64,000 nt of DNA from Parcubacteria group bacterium (lineage in GTDB: Bacteria > Patescibacteriota > Minisyncoccia > Moranbacterales > UBA2206). Both the position numbers and the translations under genes were made by a program. Shown in pieces: positions 27,600-37,349 of the stretch (position 1 is its first letter; each line of letters starts with the position of its first letter). The stretch covers positions 4,939 through 68,938 of the forward strand of contig JBAYLE010000001.1 in the NCBI GenBank assembly GCA_041664225.1, written 5' to 3'. The notes beneath the pieces are model-generated. The model had not been told where the DNA came from. It saw only the letters and a list, made by a program, of their open reading frames with translations, and did no database searches.

Positions 27600-30449
27600 A
27601 TGGAAAACTACGATCCGAAGCTTATTGAGCCAAAATGGCAGGAATTTTGGCTTAAAGAAGGCATTTATAAAAACTACGAGAAATCTAAGAAGTTCTATGC
27701 TCTGGATATGTTTCCGTATATTTCCGGTTCGGGTATTCATGTAGGGCATCCAAAAGGGTATATTGCGACCGATGTGGTGTCGAGGTTCAAGATGCTTCAA
27801 GGATACAGCGTGCTTCATCCGATGGGCTGGGACGCTTTTGGGCTGCCAGCAGAAAATTATGCCATTAAAAATAAGATCAATCCCAACATTTTTGTGAAGG
27901 AAAATATTATCAGGTTCAAAAAACAGCTGGAGATGTTTGGCTTCACTTACGATTGGGACAGGGAATTCAGCACAACTGATCCGAATTACTATAAATGGAC
28001 GCAATGGATATTTCTGAAATTATTCGAGAAAGGTTTGGCGTATGAGTCCAATGAGCCGGTTAACTGGTGTTCGAGTTGCAAAACTGTATTGGCCAATGAA
28101 GATTTGGAGAAAGGATTGTGCGAGCGCTGCGGCACGCAAGTGGTGCAGAAAAAAATGAGGCAATGGGTTCTTAAAATGACTGATTACGCCGATCGCCTGC
28201 TTTATGATCTGGATACGGAGGGTCTCGATTGGGAGGAACAAATTCTTGAGCAACAAAGAAATTGGATCGGAAGAAGCGAAGGAGCGGAAATAGAATTCCA
28301 AATTTCAAATTCAGAATTTAAAATTAAAGTTTATACAACCAGAGTCGATACTATTTTCGGCTGCACTTATTGCGTTATCGCGCCGGAACACGAAACAGTC
28401 CAAAAGCTGAAAAATAAAATAGAAAACTGGGATGAGGTTGAAAAATATTTAATCGAATCACAAAACAAAACAGAATTGGAAAGAATGGAATTGAAAGACA
28501 AGACGGGGGTCGAACTAAAGGGAATCAAGCTTATTAATCCATTCAACGGAGAATCAGTTCCATTGTTTGCTGCGGATTATGTTTTAGCGCACTATGGAAC
28601 CGGCGCGGTGATGGCTGTGCCGGCGCACGATGAAAGAGATTTTGAATTCGCGAAGAAATATAATTTACCGATTAAAAATGTTATCGGGCCATGTTTTTGT
28701 CAGCAAACTGAACCAGGCAAAATCAAAGAGAAAGAGCCATTTGAAGAGAGAGATGCTGTGCTAGCGATTGTTAAACATCAGGATAAAGATGAATATTTGG
28801 GGCTAAAATGGAAACAAGTGGATTGGAAAACTTTCATAACTGGTGGTCCAGAAGAAGGTCAAACTGCCGAAGAAGCAGCCAGGATGGAGGTTCTTGAGGA
28901 AACCGGATATAAGAACTTGAAATTGATCAAAGAATTGCCGATGGTGCATAGTAAATTTTATCATGTGCCGAAGAAATTAAATCGGCTTGCTCATTTTCGT
29001 GTTTTTTACTTTGAGTTGGAAAATGACGAGCATCAGGAAATTTCAGAAATTGATAAGAAAAGGCATGAAGTCGTTTGGGTGACGAAGGAAAAAGTGGAAA
29101 CTTTTTTAACGCCGGAATCACAAATATATACCTGGCAGACATTACTGGGAAAAGAAAAACCGTATGTTGACGATGGTGTCTTAGCAAATTCTGACAAATA
29201 TTCCAGCATGACCTCCGAGGAAGCACGTGAAAAAATGACCGAGTGGCTGGAAAAAGAAAAAATTGGCGAGAAAAAAATAAATTACAAAATGCGCGACTGG
29301 GTTTTTTCGCGCCAACGTTATTGGGGTGAGCCGATTCCGATCGTGCATTGCGAAAAATGCGGAGCGGTTGCGATTTCGGAAAAAGAATTGCCGTTAAAAT
29401 TGCCCGAAGTCGAAAATTATGAGCCGACCGGAACCGAAGAGGGTCCATTGGCCAACATAACTGAGTGGGTAAATACGACTTGCCCAAAATGCGGCGGACC
29501 GGGGAAGCGTGAAACAAACACGATGCCGCAATGGGCGGGATCCAGCTGGTATTATCTTCGCTATATTGATCCAAAAAATAATGAAGCCCTGGTTGAAAAA
29601 AATAAAGAAAAAGATTGGATGCCAGTGGATCTTTATGTCGGTGGTGCAGAACACGCCACTCGTCATTTGCTGTATGCCAGATTTTGGCACAAATTTCTGT
29701 ATGATATCAAAGTTGTTTCTACGAAGGAGCCCTTCAAAAAACTGGTTCACGTCGGACTGGTTGATGGAGAAGACGGCAGAAAAATGAGTAAGCGCTGGGG
29801 GAACGTAGTAAATCCTGATGATGTTATAAATGAATTTGGGGTTGATTCGTTGCGTCTTTATGAAATGTTTATGGGGCCTTTCAGTCAGAATATTGCCTGG
29901 AGCACGGATGGCGTAAAAGGAGTGAGAAGGTTTTTGGAAAAAGTTTGGAAGTTACAAAAAAAAGTTATTGATCAAGTTGTAGAAAATAAAAAACTTGAAT
30001 CACTGTTGCATAAAACTATCAAGAAAGTCACGGAGGATATAAAAAATTTTCGTTTCAATACTGCCATTAGCGCGATGATGATTCTGGTAAATGAATTAGA
30101 AAAAGGGAAAAATATTTTAAGCACCAATTACAAATTGCTAATCACTATTTTGAGTCCTTTTGCTCCACACATTGCTGAAGAACTTTGGGAAAAGTTGGGG
30201 CATAAAGATAGCATATTTTTGCAATCTTGGCCAGAGTATGATCCGGAACTAATCAGAGATGAAAAAATAACGTTGGTCTTGCAAATAAATGGCAAAGTGC
30301 GTGATTCAATCGAAGTGGATGCTGGGATTTCAGAAAAGGAGGCAAAAGAGCTGGCGATGCAAAGCGAAAAAATAAAAACTTGGGTTTCAGGCAAAGAAAT
30401 CAAAAAAGTTATTTTTGTCAAAGGCAAACTTATAAATATTGTCATCTAA
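27600..30449 (+). CDS. leuS: Leucyl-tRNA synthetase carrying a Nudix-like domain insertion after the CP1 editing domain
   Basis: HVGHPKGY, editing-domain motifs (GTGAVMAVPAHDERDFEFAKKYNLPI), and KMSKRWGN. The roughly 160-aa insert contains AVLAIV...GGPEEGQTAEEAARMEVLEETGY. Confidence 0.9.
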   Translation: MENYDPKLIEPKWQEFWLKEGIYKNYEKSKKFYALDMFPYISGSGIHVGHPKGYIATDVVSRFKMLQGYSVLHPMGWDAFGLPAENYAIKNKINPNIFVKENIIRFKKQLEMFGFTYDWDREFSTTDPNYYKWTQWIFLKLFEKGLAYESNEPVNWCSSCKTVLANEDLEKGLCERCGTQVVQKKMRQWVLKMTDYADRLLYDLDTEGLDWEEQILEQQRNWIGRSEGAEIEFQISNSEFKIKVYTTRVDTIFGCTYCVIAPEHETVQKLKNKIENWDEVEKYLIESQNKTELERMELKDKTGVELKGIKLINPFNGESVPLFAADYVLAHYGTGAVMAVPAHDERDFEFAKKYNLPIKNVIGPCFCQQTEPGKIKEKEPFEERDAVLAIVKHQDKDEYLGLKWKQVDWKTFITGGPEEGQTAEEAARMEVLEETGYKNLKLIKELPMVHSKFYHVPKKLNRLAHFRVFYFELENDEHQEISEIDKKRHEVVWVTKEKVETFLTPESQIYTWQTLLGKEKPYVDDGVLANSDKYSSMTSEEAREKMTEWLEKEKIGEKKINYKMRDWVFSRQRYWGEPIPIVHCEKCGAVAISEKELPLKLPEVENYEPTGTEEGPLANITEWVNTTCPKCGGPGKRETNTMPQWAGSSWYYLRYIDPKNNEALVEKNKEKDWMPVDLYVGGAEHATRHLLYARFWHKFLYDIKVVSTKEPFKKLVHVGLVDGEDGRKMSKRWGNVVNPDDVINEFGVDSLRLYEMFMGPFSQNIAWSTDGVKGVRRFLEKVWKLQKKVIDQVVENKKLESLLHKTIKKVTEDIKNFRFNTAISAMMILVNELEKGKNILSTNYKLLITILSPFAPHIAEELWEKLGHKDSIFLQSWPEYDPELIRDEKITLVLQINGKVRDSIEVDAGISEKEAKELAMQSEKIKTWVSGKEIKKVIFVKGKLINIVI
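28692..29175 (+). other. Nudix-like domain inserted within leuS
   Basis: Sits between the conserved IKNVIG and KINYKMRDWVFSRQRYWG blocks, which are about 55 aa apart in E. coli LeuRS. Confidence 0.6.
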
Positions 30450-30452
30450 AAA

Positions 30453-31709
30453 ATGTTTGAGAAAATGTTCTCCACACCTTCAAATCTTGACGAATGGAAG
30501 AAAAAAAATAATAGTCCAAAGGAGGAAACAAAAAATGCTGGCTCGAGCCGTTCTGTTGAAGATATCAGAAAAGAGAAAGAAAAAATGATTGCCAGGAATA
30601 AAGAGCTTCGGGAAACCGTCTATAGCCGCAATTTTGAAGGCGCAGAAAAGATTACTCGGAGAGATTTTTTGAAGGTGGGAGGCGCCTTGGCTGTTCTGTG
30701 GGCTATTGGAAAATATGGAAATTTAGAAAAAGCCATCAGTGCTTTAGCAGGAGAAAAAAGCGCAGTAGATATTGCTTATAACTCAGAAAGTAAAAAGGAG
30801 AATGAAAAAATCAATCTGGAAACGGCCGAGCCTAAAAAAGAACAGATTGGAGAAAAAGTAAAGGAAGCTGATGTGAATGTTTCGAAAAATTACGAAAGCA
30901 ATGTTCATAAAAAAGAAAAGATTGAATTCAGTCTGGATAGGCCTGTCAGGGTGGGGATAGAAGATTATAATTCCGCGAAAGAATATTGGCGTCAGGAATA
31001 TAAAAATGGAGAACTTAGACCGGATCTTGATAATGCACTTGAGCGGATGAGGCCATACCTCAGTGATCTAAAAACGATTTTCAGCGATTTGGGTGAATAC
31101 GAGGATTTGGTCTATGTCGCCATTCCTGAATCAAGTGGCAGAAAAGGCAAGAAAAGTCCGGCTGGAGCCATTGGTTTGTACCAATTGTTGCCAAAAACGG
31201 CAAAAAAATTGGGGTTTAAGAAGGGGTCATTAAAAAATCCGCTAAAAAATGCCATGGCTGCAACTAAAAACTTTAAACAGCTGCTCCATGTCTCAAAAGA
31301 CAGAAACATTGCTCTTTCTGGTCATAATATCGGGAAAATGTGGGAATATCCGAAGTTAGGTAAAGAGAATTCTTCGTATAAAGATTATTTGGCCTTCATG
31401 TCGGAAGAAGGCGAAAAAACAAGAAAACAGATAGAAAATGATGAATATATACTACAAAAGATTGGCAAAAAAGACACGCTTAGCAAGTTAGCTAGACTAT
31501 ACAAAATCGATAAGGATGATCTGAAATCAGCAAATAATATAAAAGATGATTCAATTGAGGCTGGAGAAATTATAAAAATTCCCCTAGTAAACAGAGAGCA
31601 GCGCGAGCATGTTTTTCAAATGGAAATAGCGGGCTACAAAGAAAATTTTAATTTTGTTCCTCGAGTTAACGCCGTCATTGAAGTAATTAAGGATGAAAAA
31701 TTAGCCTAA
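30453..31709 (+). CDS. Lytic transglycosylase (SLT domain) with a C-terminal LysM domain
   Basis: ES...SGRKGKKSPAGAIGLYQLLPKTA matches the SLT catalytic motif. C-terminal DTLSKLARLYKIDKDDLKSANNI...GEIIKIP is LysM-like. An internal RRDFLKVGG segment resembles a Tat-type signal. Confidence 0.65.
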   Translation: MFEKMFSTPSNLDEWKKKNNSPKEETKNAGSSRSVEDIRKEKEKMIARNKELRETVYSRNFEGAEKITRRDFLKVGGALAVLWAIGKYGNLEKAISALAGEKSAVDIAYNSESKKENEKINLETAEPKKEQIGEKVKEADVNVSKNYESNVHKKEKIEFSLDRPVRVGIEDYNSAKEYWRQEYKNGELRPDLDNALERMRPYLSDLKTIFSDLGEYEDLVYVAIPESSGRKGKKSPAGAIGLYQLLPKTAKKLGFKKGSLKNPLKNAMAATKNFKQLLHVSKDRNIALSGHNIGKMWEYPKLGKENSSYKDYLAFMSEEGEKTRKQIENDEYILQKIGKKDTLSKLARLYKIDKDDLKSANNIKDDSIEAGEIIKIPLVNREQREHVFQMEIAGYKENFNFVPRVNAVIEVIKDEKLA

Positions 31710-31724
31710 AAAATCCAATCGCAT

Positions 31725-32405
31725 ATGCAAATCGTGATTCTGGCATCGGGCAAGGGAAAAAGAATGGGAGAGCTCACCAAAACCGTTCCCAAGCCGATGC
31801 TAAAAATTAAAGGCAAGCCGATCTTAGAACATAAGCTCAATGCTTTGCCCAGAGAAATTAAGGAAGTTATTTTTGTGATTGGCTACCGCGGAGAACAAAT
31901 CATGGAATATTTTAAAAAATGCTGGAATGGGATGAAGATTACATATGTTGTGCAAAAGAATCTTAACGGTACAGGTGCGGCGGTGCATCTGGTGAAAAGT
32001 TTTGTGGGTGAAAGATTTTTAGTGATGATGGGAGATGACCTATACCATAAAAAAGACATAAAAAAAATGCTGCAACATAACTTGGCAATCCTGGGTCACG
32101 AAGTCGAAGATACAAGCCTTTTCGGAATAATCAAAACTGATAATCGGAAAAACATGATCGAAGTAATTGAAAAGCCCAAAAAATCTAAAGATAGACTGGC
32201 AAATGCGGGGCTGTATATGATGAATAGAAAATTTTTTGATTATGAACTGGTTCAAATAGCCAGCGGGGAATATGGATTGCCACAGACCCTGGCGAGTATG
32301 ACCAGGGACCATAAGATAAGGGTTGAAAAGGCGACTCTTTGGCATCCGATTGGAAATATTGATGATTTGAAAAAGGCGGAAGAGATAATCCATAAATTTG
32401 TGTAA
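31725..32405 (+). CDS. Sugar-phosphate nucleotidyltransferase
   Basis: N-terminus MQIVILASGKGKRMGELTKTVPKPML is the NTP-transferase signature. Confidence 0.75.
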   Translation: MQIVILASGKGKRMGELTKTVPKPMLKIKGKPILEHKLNALPREIKEVIFVIGYRGEQIMEYFKKCWNGMKITYVVQKNLNGTGAAVHLVKSFVGERFLVMMGDDLYHKKDIKKMLQHNLAILGHEVEDTSLFGIIKTDNRKNMIEVIEKPKKSKDRLANAGLYMMNRKFFDYELVQIASGEYGLPQTLASMTRDHKIRVEKATLWHPIGNIDDLKKAEEIIHKFV

Positions 32406-33407
32406 ATGAGAAAAAAAAACGTTGTTACGATCGGGGGAGGAACAGGAAGTTTTGTACTTTTGACTGGCCTCAAAAAATATCCAATCAATATTTCCGCTGT
32501 TGTTTCTATGGCAGATGACGGCGGATCAACCGGAATTTTACGCGACGAATTGGGCGTTTTGCCTCCTGGCGATGTGCGCCAGTGTCTAGTGGCACTTTCT
32601 GATTCTCCTGAAATACTGCGTAAACTCATGAATTACCGTTTTGAAAACGGAGGCTTAAAAGGGCATAGTTTCGGAAATATTTTTCTATCAGCTTTGGAGA
32701 AAATAAGCGGCGGTTTTGCAAAAGGCGTGGAGGAAGCAGCTAAGATTTTGGATGTAAAGGGGGAAGTTATTCCAGTAAGCAATGATGACATGCGGCTATC
32801 AGTAATTTTGAATAATGGGAATATTTTAGAGGGGGAGAGCCAGCTGGATCATAATGAAAAAGTGAGAAGAATTGGAGTAAAAAATATAAAATTAAAAAAA
32901 CAAGTAAAAGCAAATCAGAAAGCTCTGAAAAAAATCAAGGATTCAGATTTTATTTTTATTGGTCCAGGGGATCATTTTGGTTCAATCATGCCAAATCTGT
33001 TGATAAAAGAGATCAGCCAAGCTATAAAAAATTCGAGAGCCAGGGTAGTATATAATTGCAAGCTTACAAACAAAAAAGGCCAAACGGAAAACTTTGACTT
33101 GGATGATTATGTCAGTGATATCGAAAAACATATTGGCAAAGACCGGGTTGATTTTGTGACATACAATATTGCTAAGCCGCCGAGAGAGTTGATGGAAAAA
33201 TATAAAAAGCGTGAAGGAAAGAATGTCCTGGTCGGTTTTGAGGAAAGCAAAAATCCAAAAAGGAAATTCAAACTGATCAGAGCCGACTTATTGACCAAAT
33301 CTGTTATGAAATCTGAAAAAGGAGATGCTAACAGTGAAAAACGATCCTTTATTCGCCACGACGGTAAAAAGCTAGCGAAAGTTTTAATGAGGATTCTAAA
33401 GAAATAA
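32406..33407 (+). CDS. yvcK: YvcK/CofD-like gluconeogenesis factor family protein (UPF0052)
   Basis: VVTIGGGTGSFVLLTGLKKY...SMADDGGSTGILR. Confidence 0.75.
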   Translation: MRKKNVVTIGGGTGSFVLLTGLKKYPINISAVVSMADDGGSTGILRDELGVLPPGDVRQCLVALSDSPEILRKLMNYRFENGGLKGHSFGNIFLSALEKISGGFAKGVEEAAKILDVKGEVIPVSNDDMRLSVILNNGNILEGESQLDHNEKVRRIGVKNIKLKKQVKANQKALKKIKDSDFIFIGPGDHFGSIMPNLLIKEISQAIKNSRARVVYNCKLTNKKGQTENFDLDDYVSDIEKHIGKDRVDFVTYNIAKPPRELMEKYKKREGKNVLVGFEESKNPKRKFKLIRADLLTKSVMKSEKGDANSEKRSFIRHDGKKLAKVLMRILKK

Positions 33408-33408
33408 T

Positions 33409-34056
33409 ATGAAAATATTGGTTGATTTCGATGATGTTCTTTTGAATACGAACAGATTTCGCAAAAATTATAAAAAAATCTATGCCGCATACGGGATTGA
33501 CCCAGAGGTTTTTGAACAGTATTATAAAAAGTCGGTAACATACGAAAAAAGCATCACAGTGTATGATCCGGAAAAGCATTTAAAAGAAATAAAGCGAGGC
33601 GAAAATATAAAAATTTCTAAACTCAGAAAATCAATTTATAATTTTGCTGAGAATTCAAAGAAATATGTTTTTAAGGATGTTAAAAAATTTCTAGCTAAAT
33701 TTAAAAAAGACGATATAATCATTATCACTCATTCGAAAAGCAAATTTCAAAAAGTTAAGTTAAAAAACAGCGGTTTGAAAAAACTTGTAAAAAAAATCAT
33801 CCAGACCGGTAAGCTGAAGGCATATACTGTGAAAAAATTAGCAACACAGAAAATCATTAAAAATGGAGAAGCAGCCTATTTTTTAGATGACAGGGTGGAT
33901 CAGATAAATGAAGTTAAAAAAATTAATCCTAGCGTTATAACTGTGTTGATCAGAAGAAGGGAGGGCAGGTTCCAAGATAAAAAAACAAAATTTTGTGATT
34001 TTGAGGCAAAAAACTTAAAGGAGGCTTATCAAATAATAAAACAAAAATGCCAGTAA
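33409..34056 (+). CDS. HAD-superfamily hydrolase-like protein
   Basis: DxD motif in MKILVDFDDVLLNT, with a downstream K and D. Confidence 0.45.
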   Translation: MKILVDFDDVLLNTNRFRKNYKKIYAAYGIDPEVFEQYYKKSVTYEKSITVYDPEKHLKEIKRGENIKISKLRKSIYNFAENSKKYVFKDVKKFLAKFKKDDIIIITHSKSKFQKVKLKNSGLKKLVKKIIQTGKLKAYTVKKLATQKIIKNGEAAYFLDDRVDQINEVKKINPSVITVLIRRREGRFQDKKTKFCDFEAKNLKEAYQIIKQKCQ

Positions 34057-35507
34057 ATATTTCCGAAAAAAACCAAAAAGAAAATACCCAGGAAAAAAAG
34101 TTTCTGACCCTCTCTGAATTCCGCCATGAATTAGGAATTCCGCTTATTCTAGCCAAAAAATTGGTTGTCTGGGGTGAGGTCGAGGCGGAGAAAGCCTTCG
34201 ACGGAAGTCTGCGGATTGCGACTTCGGAGGTGGCGGTTGCCCGGGAACTGATTGCCAATCCTTGGAAAAAAACCAGCCTTTTTGTCAAGGCGCTGGGCCC
34301 TGGGTTGATTACGGGCGCCTCGGATGATGATCCGGGCGGCATTGGAACATATTCTTCAGTCGGGGCGAAATTTGGGTTTGCCATTCTCTGGATGGCAGCC
34401 TGGCTTTTACCAATAATGCTGGCTGTTCAGGAGGTGTGCGCGCGCATCGGTATTGTTACGAATAAGGGTCTGGCTGGAGTGCTCAAGGAGCATTATCGTA
34501 AAAAAATAGTAGGCGTAGTTGTTTTGCTTTTGATTATTGCTAATATTGCCAACATCGGAGCGGATCTGGGCGCGATGGCTGCTTCGAGCGCCATGCTTTG
34601 GCATATCAATTTTTATTTCGCTGTTATCGTCTTCGCGCTAGTGATTATCGCAATGGAAATTTTTGTCGGTTATCATGTTTACGTGAAATTTCTCAAGTGG
34701 CTTACCATTTCCGTATTTGCTTATATCATCACTGGATTTATGATTCATCCGGACTGGGTGGAAGTTTTTAAATATTCCTTTATCCCCAAAATCTATTTTA
34801 ATAAGGAATATCTATTCGCGATAATCGCGGTTTTTGGGACAACCATTACGCCATATCTTTTTTTCTGGCAAGCCTCTGAAGAAGTGGAAGAATGTGAGCG
34901 GGAAGGGATTTTCAGAAAATATCTGGTGCATCATCGCATCCATCGCATGCGCACGGATGTTAGCACTGGAATGCTGTTGGCTAACGTGGTTTTCTTTTTT
35001 ATCGTGGTTACGACGGCGCAAGTGCTTTTCAAAAATGGCATTACCAATATTGATTCAGCCGAGCAGGCAGCCATGGCGTTGCGTCCGTTTGCTGGTGAAT
35101 ATGCTTTTCTTTTTTTCACGCTGGGGATTATCGGTACCGGCCTTTTGGCAGTTCCGGTTTTAGCCGCGTCGGGAGCCTACGCGTTGAGCGAACTTATGAA
35201 ATGGCACGAGAGTCTCGAACTGAAATTTTCCCAAGCTAAGGGGTTTTATCTGGTAATCGCTTTTTCCATTCTGGTCGGACTTTTTCTTAATTTTTTTCAC
35301 ATTAATCCTATACTGGCTTTGTATTATTCGGCATTTCTTAATGGAATCATTGCCCTGCCATTGCTTGTTGTTATAATGGTAGTCGGCAATGACCCGAAAA
35401 TTATGGGTCGGGAAACTCATCCTGGATGGGTAAAATTTTTCGGTTGGCTTGCTATTGGGTTTATGTCAGTCGCGATTGTGGTTTCAATTATTTTTAATTT
35501 AATTTAA
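34047..35507 (+). CDS. mntH: Nramp-family divalent metal transporter with an N-terminal excisionase/MerR-type HTH-like extension
   Basis: GPGLITGASDDDPGGIGTYS (DPGN motif) and 11 TM helices. The first roughly 55 aa (LTLSEFRHELGIPLILAKKLVVWGEVEAEKAFDGSLRIATSEVAVAREL) look like an HTH_17 domain. Confidence 0.75.
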   Translation: MPVNISEKNQKENTQEKKFLTLSEFRHELGIPLILAKKLVVWGEVEAEKAFDGSLRIATSEVAVARELIANPWKKTSLFVKALGPGLITGASDDDPGGIGTYSSVGAKFGFAILWMAAWLLPIMLAVQEVCARIGIVTNKGLAGVLKEHYRKKIVGVVVLLLIIANIANIGADLGAMAASSAMLWHINFYFAVIVFALVIIAMEIFVGYHVYVKFLKWLTISVFAYIITGFMIHPDWVEVFKYSFIPKIYFNKEYLFAIIAVFGTTITPYLFFWQASEEVEECEREGIFRKYLVHHRIHRMRTDVSTGMLLANVVFFFIVVTTAQVLFKNGITNIDSAEQAAMALRPFAGEYAFLFFTLGIIGTGLLAVPVLAASGAYALSELMKWHESLELKFSQAKGFYLVIAFSILVGLFLNFFHINPILALYYSAFLNGIIALPLLVVIMVVGNDPKIMGRETHPGWVKFFGWLAIGFMSVAIVVSIIFNLI

Positions 35508-35513
35508 TTTTTT

Positions 35514-37343
35514 ATGTGTGGAATTGTTGGGTATATTGGAAAACAAAAAGCGGCGCCCATTCTGGTCGATGGACTCAAACGGCTTGAATATCGGGGCTAT
35601 GATTCTTCAGGAATCGCTGTTCTTGATGATCAGCGACATGTTTTTTTAGCAAAAGCTATGGGCAAAATAGCTGAGTTGGAAAAAAAGATTGGTGGTGAGA
35701 AAATAGACGGCAATATCGGCATCGCGCATACGCGCTGGGCTACGCATGGCGCTCCGTCAGAAATAAACGCGCATCCCCACTGCGATTGTAAGGGAAAAAT
35801 ATGGCTGGTCCATAATGGCATAATCGAAAACTATCAGCAGATAAAAAAGCGCTTATTGGAAAAAAAGCATATTTTTAAATCCGAAACTGACACGGAGGTA
35901 CTGGCTCATTTAATCGAGGAGATGTATGACGGAAATTTGACGGAAGCTGTTGAAAAATCTTTGAAAATAGTAAAAGGCACATATGGCATTGTTGTTTTTC
36001 ATTCAGATGAGCCAGGCAAAATTATTGCTGCCAAAAAAGGCTCGCCCCTTATTATCGGCTTGGGAGAGAATGAAACCATCATTGCTTCTGATGTTTCTGC
36101 AATTTTGAGGTACACAAAACAAGTTATTTATCTGGATGACGGGGAAATGGCGGAAATTTCTAAGGAAGGGATGAAGATTTTTGATGCTGATAACGCAGAA
36201 ATAAATAAAGATATAAATGAGGTTGAATGGAATTTGGATCAGGCCGAAAAAGGAGGGTACCCGCATTTTTTGATCAAGGAAATTTTTGAACAGCCAGAAA
36301 CGATAGCCAACAGTGTCAGGGGGCGGTTAATTTATGAAGATGGTAATGCTAGATTGGGAGGCATTAGCTTAGTAGCCGATAAAATCAGAAACATAGATAG
36401 GATTATCATAGTCGCGTGCGGAACAGCGAGATGTGCTGCTTTAGTGGGCGAGTACATGCTGGAAGAATATGCCGGAATACCGACAGAAGTCGATTATGCT
36501 CATGAGTTCAGATACAGAAAGCAAGTTTTGGATAATAAAACTGCCGTGATCGTTATGAGTCAATCAGGCGAAACGGCTGATACCCTGGCGGCCGTTAAGG
36601 AATCCAAAGAAAAGGGGATTTTGACTTTAGGAATCGTGAACGCAGTTGGATCTTCAATTGCTCGAGGAACGGATGCTGGGGTCTATAATCATGTCGGTCC
36701 GGAAATTTCCGTAGCTTCAACTAAAGCGTTTACATCGCAGATTGCTATTTTATCACTCCTAACTCTTTTTATGGGAAGGCAAAGAGATATGTCTCTCGTG
36801 ACTGGGCAAAGGATCGTTAAAGAAATTCTAGAGTTACCGGATAAAATAAAGAAAATCCTAGAAACAAGCGATCAGATAAAAAATATTGCTGAAAAATATA
36901 GCAAATATACTAGCTTTGCCTATCTGGGAAGAAAATATAATCACCCGATGGCCTTTGAGGGCGCGATCAAGTTAAAGGAGCTTTCATATATCCATGCGGA
37001 GGGTTTTGCGGCGGGGGAAATGAAGCACGGACCGATCGCTATGATTGACGAAAATTTTCCTTCTTTTTATTTCGCTCCTCAAGATAGTGTTTATGAAAAG
37101 AACATCAGCAATATGCAGGAGATCAAGGCGCGCGGAGGAAAAATTATTGTCGTCGCGACTGAGGGAGATGAAAAAATAAGAGAGGTCGCTGATGACGTGA
37201 TTTATATTCCAAAAACCCTGGAAATGCTCACGCCGATTTTGTCAGCTGTTCCAGCCCAGCTTTTCGCATATCATATGGCAGTTTTGAAGGGACTGGACGT
37301 GGACAAGCCGAGAAATCTGGCTAAATCTGTGACTGTAGAATAG
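35514..37343 (+). CDS. glmS: Glutamine--fructose-6-phosphate aminotransferase
   Basis: MCGIVGYIG N-terminal nucleophile. Two SIS domains and a C-terminal VE. Confidence 0.9.
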   Translation: MCGIVGYIGKQKAAPILVDGLKRLEYRGYDSSGIAVLDDQRHVFLAKAMGKIAELEKKIGGEKIDGNIGIAHTRWATHGAPSEINAHPHCDCKGKIWLVHNGIIENYQQIKKRLLEKKHIFKSETDTEVLAHLIEEMYDGNLTEAVEKSLKIVKGTYGIVVFHSDEPGKIIAAKKGSPLIIGLGENETIIASDVSAILRYTKQVIYLDDGEMAEISKEGMKIFDADNAEINKDINEVEWNLDQAEKGGYPHFLIKEIFEQPETIANSVRGRLIYEDGNARLGGISLVADKIRNIDRIIIVACGTARCAALVGEYMLEEYAGIPTEVDYAHEFRYRKQVLDNKTAVIVMSQSGETADTLAAVKESKEKGILTLGIVNAVGSSIARGTDAGVYNHVGPEISVASTKAFTSQIAILSLLTLFMGRQRDMSLVTGQRIVKEILELPDKIKKILETSDQIKNIAEKYSKYTSFAYLGRKYNHPMAFEGAIKLKELSYIHAEGFAAGEMKHGPIAMIDENFPSFYFAPQDSVYEKNISNMQEIKARGGKIIVVATEGDEKIREVADDVIYIPKTLEMLTPILSAVPAQLFAYHMAVLKGLDVDKPRNLAKSVTVE

Positions 37344-37349
37344 AATTTT

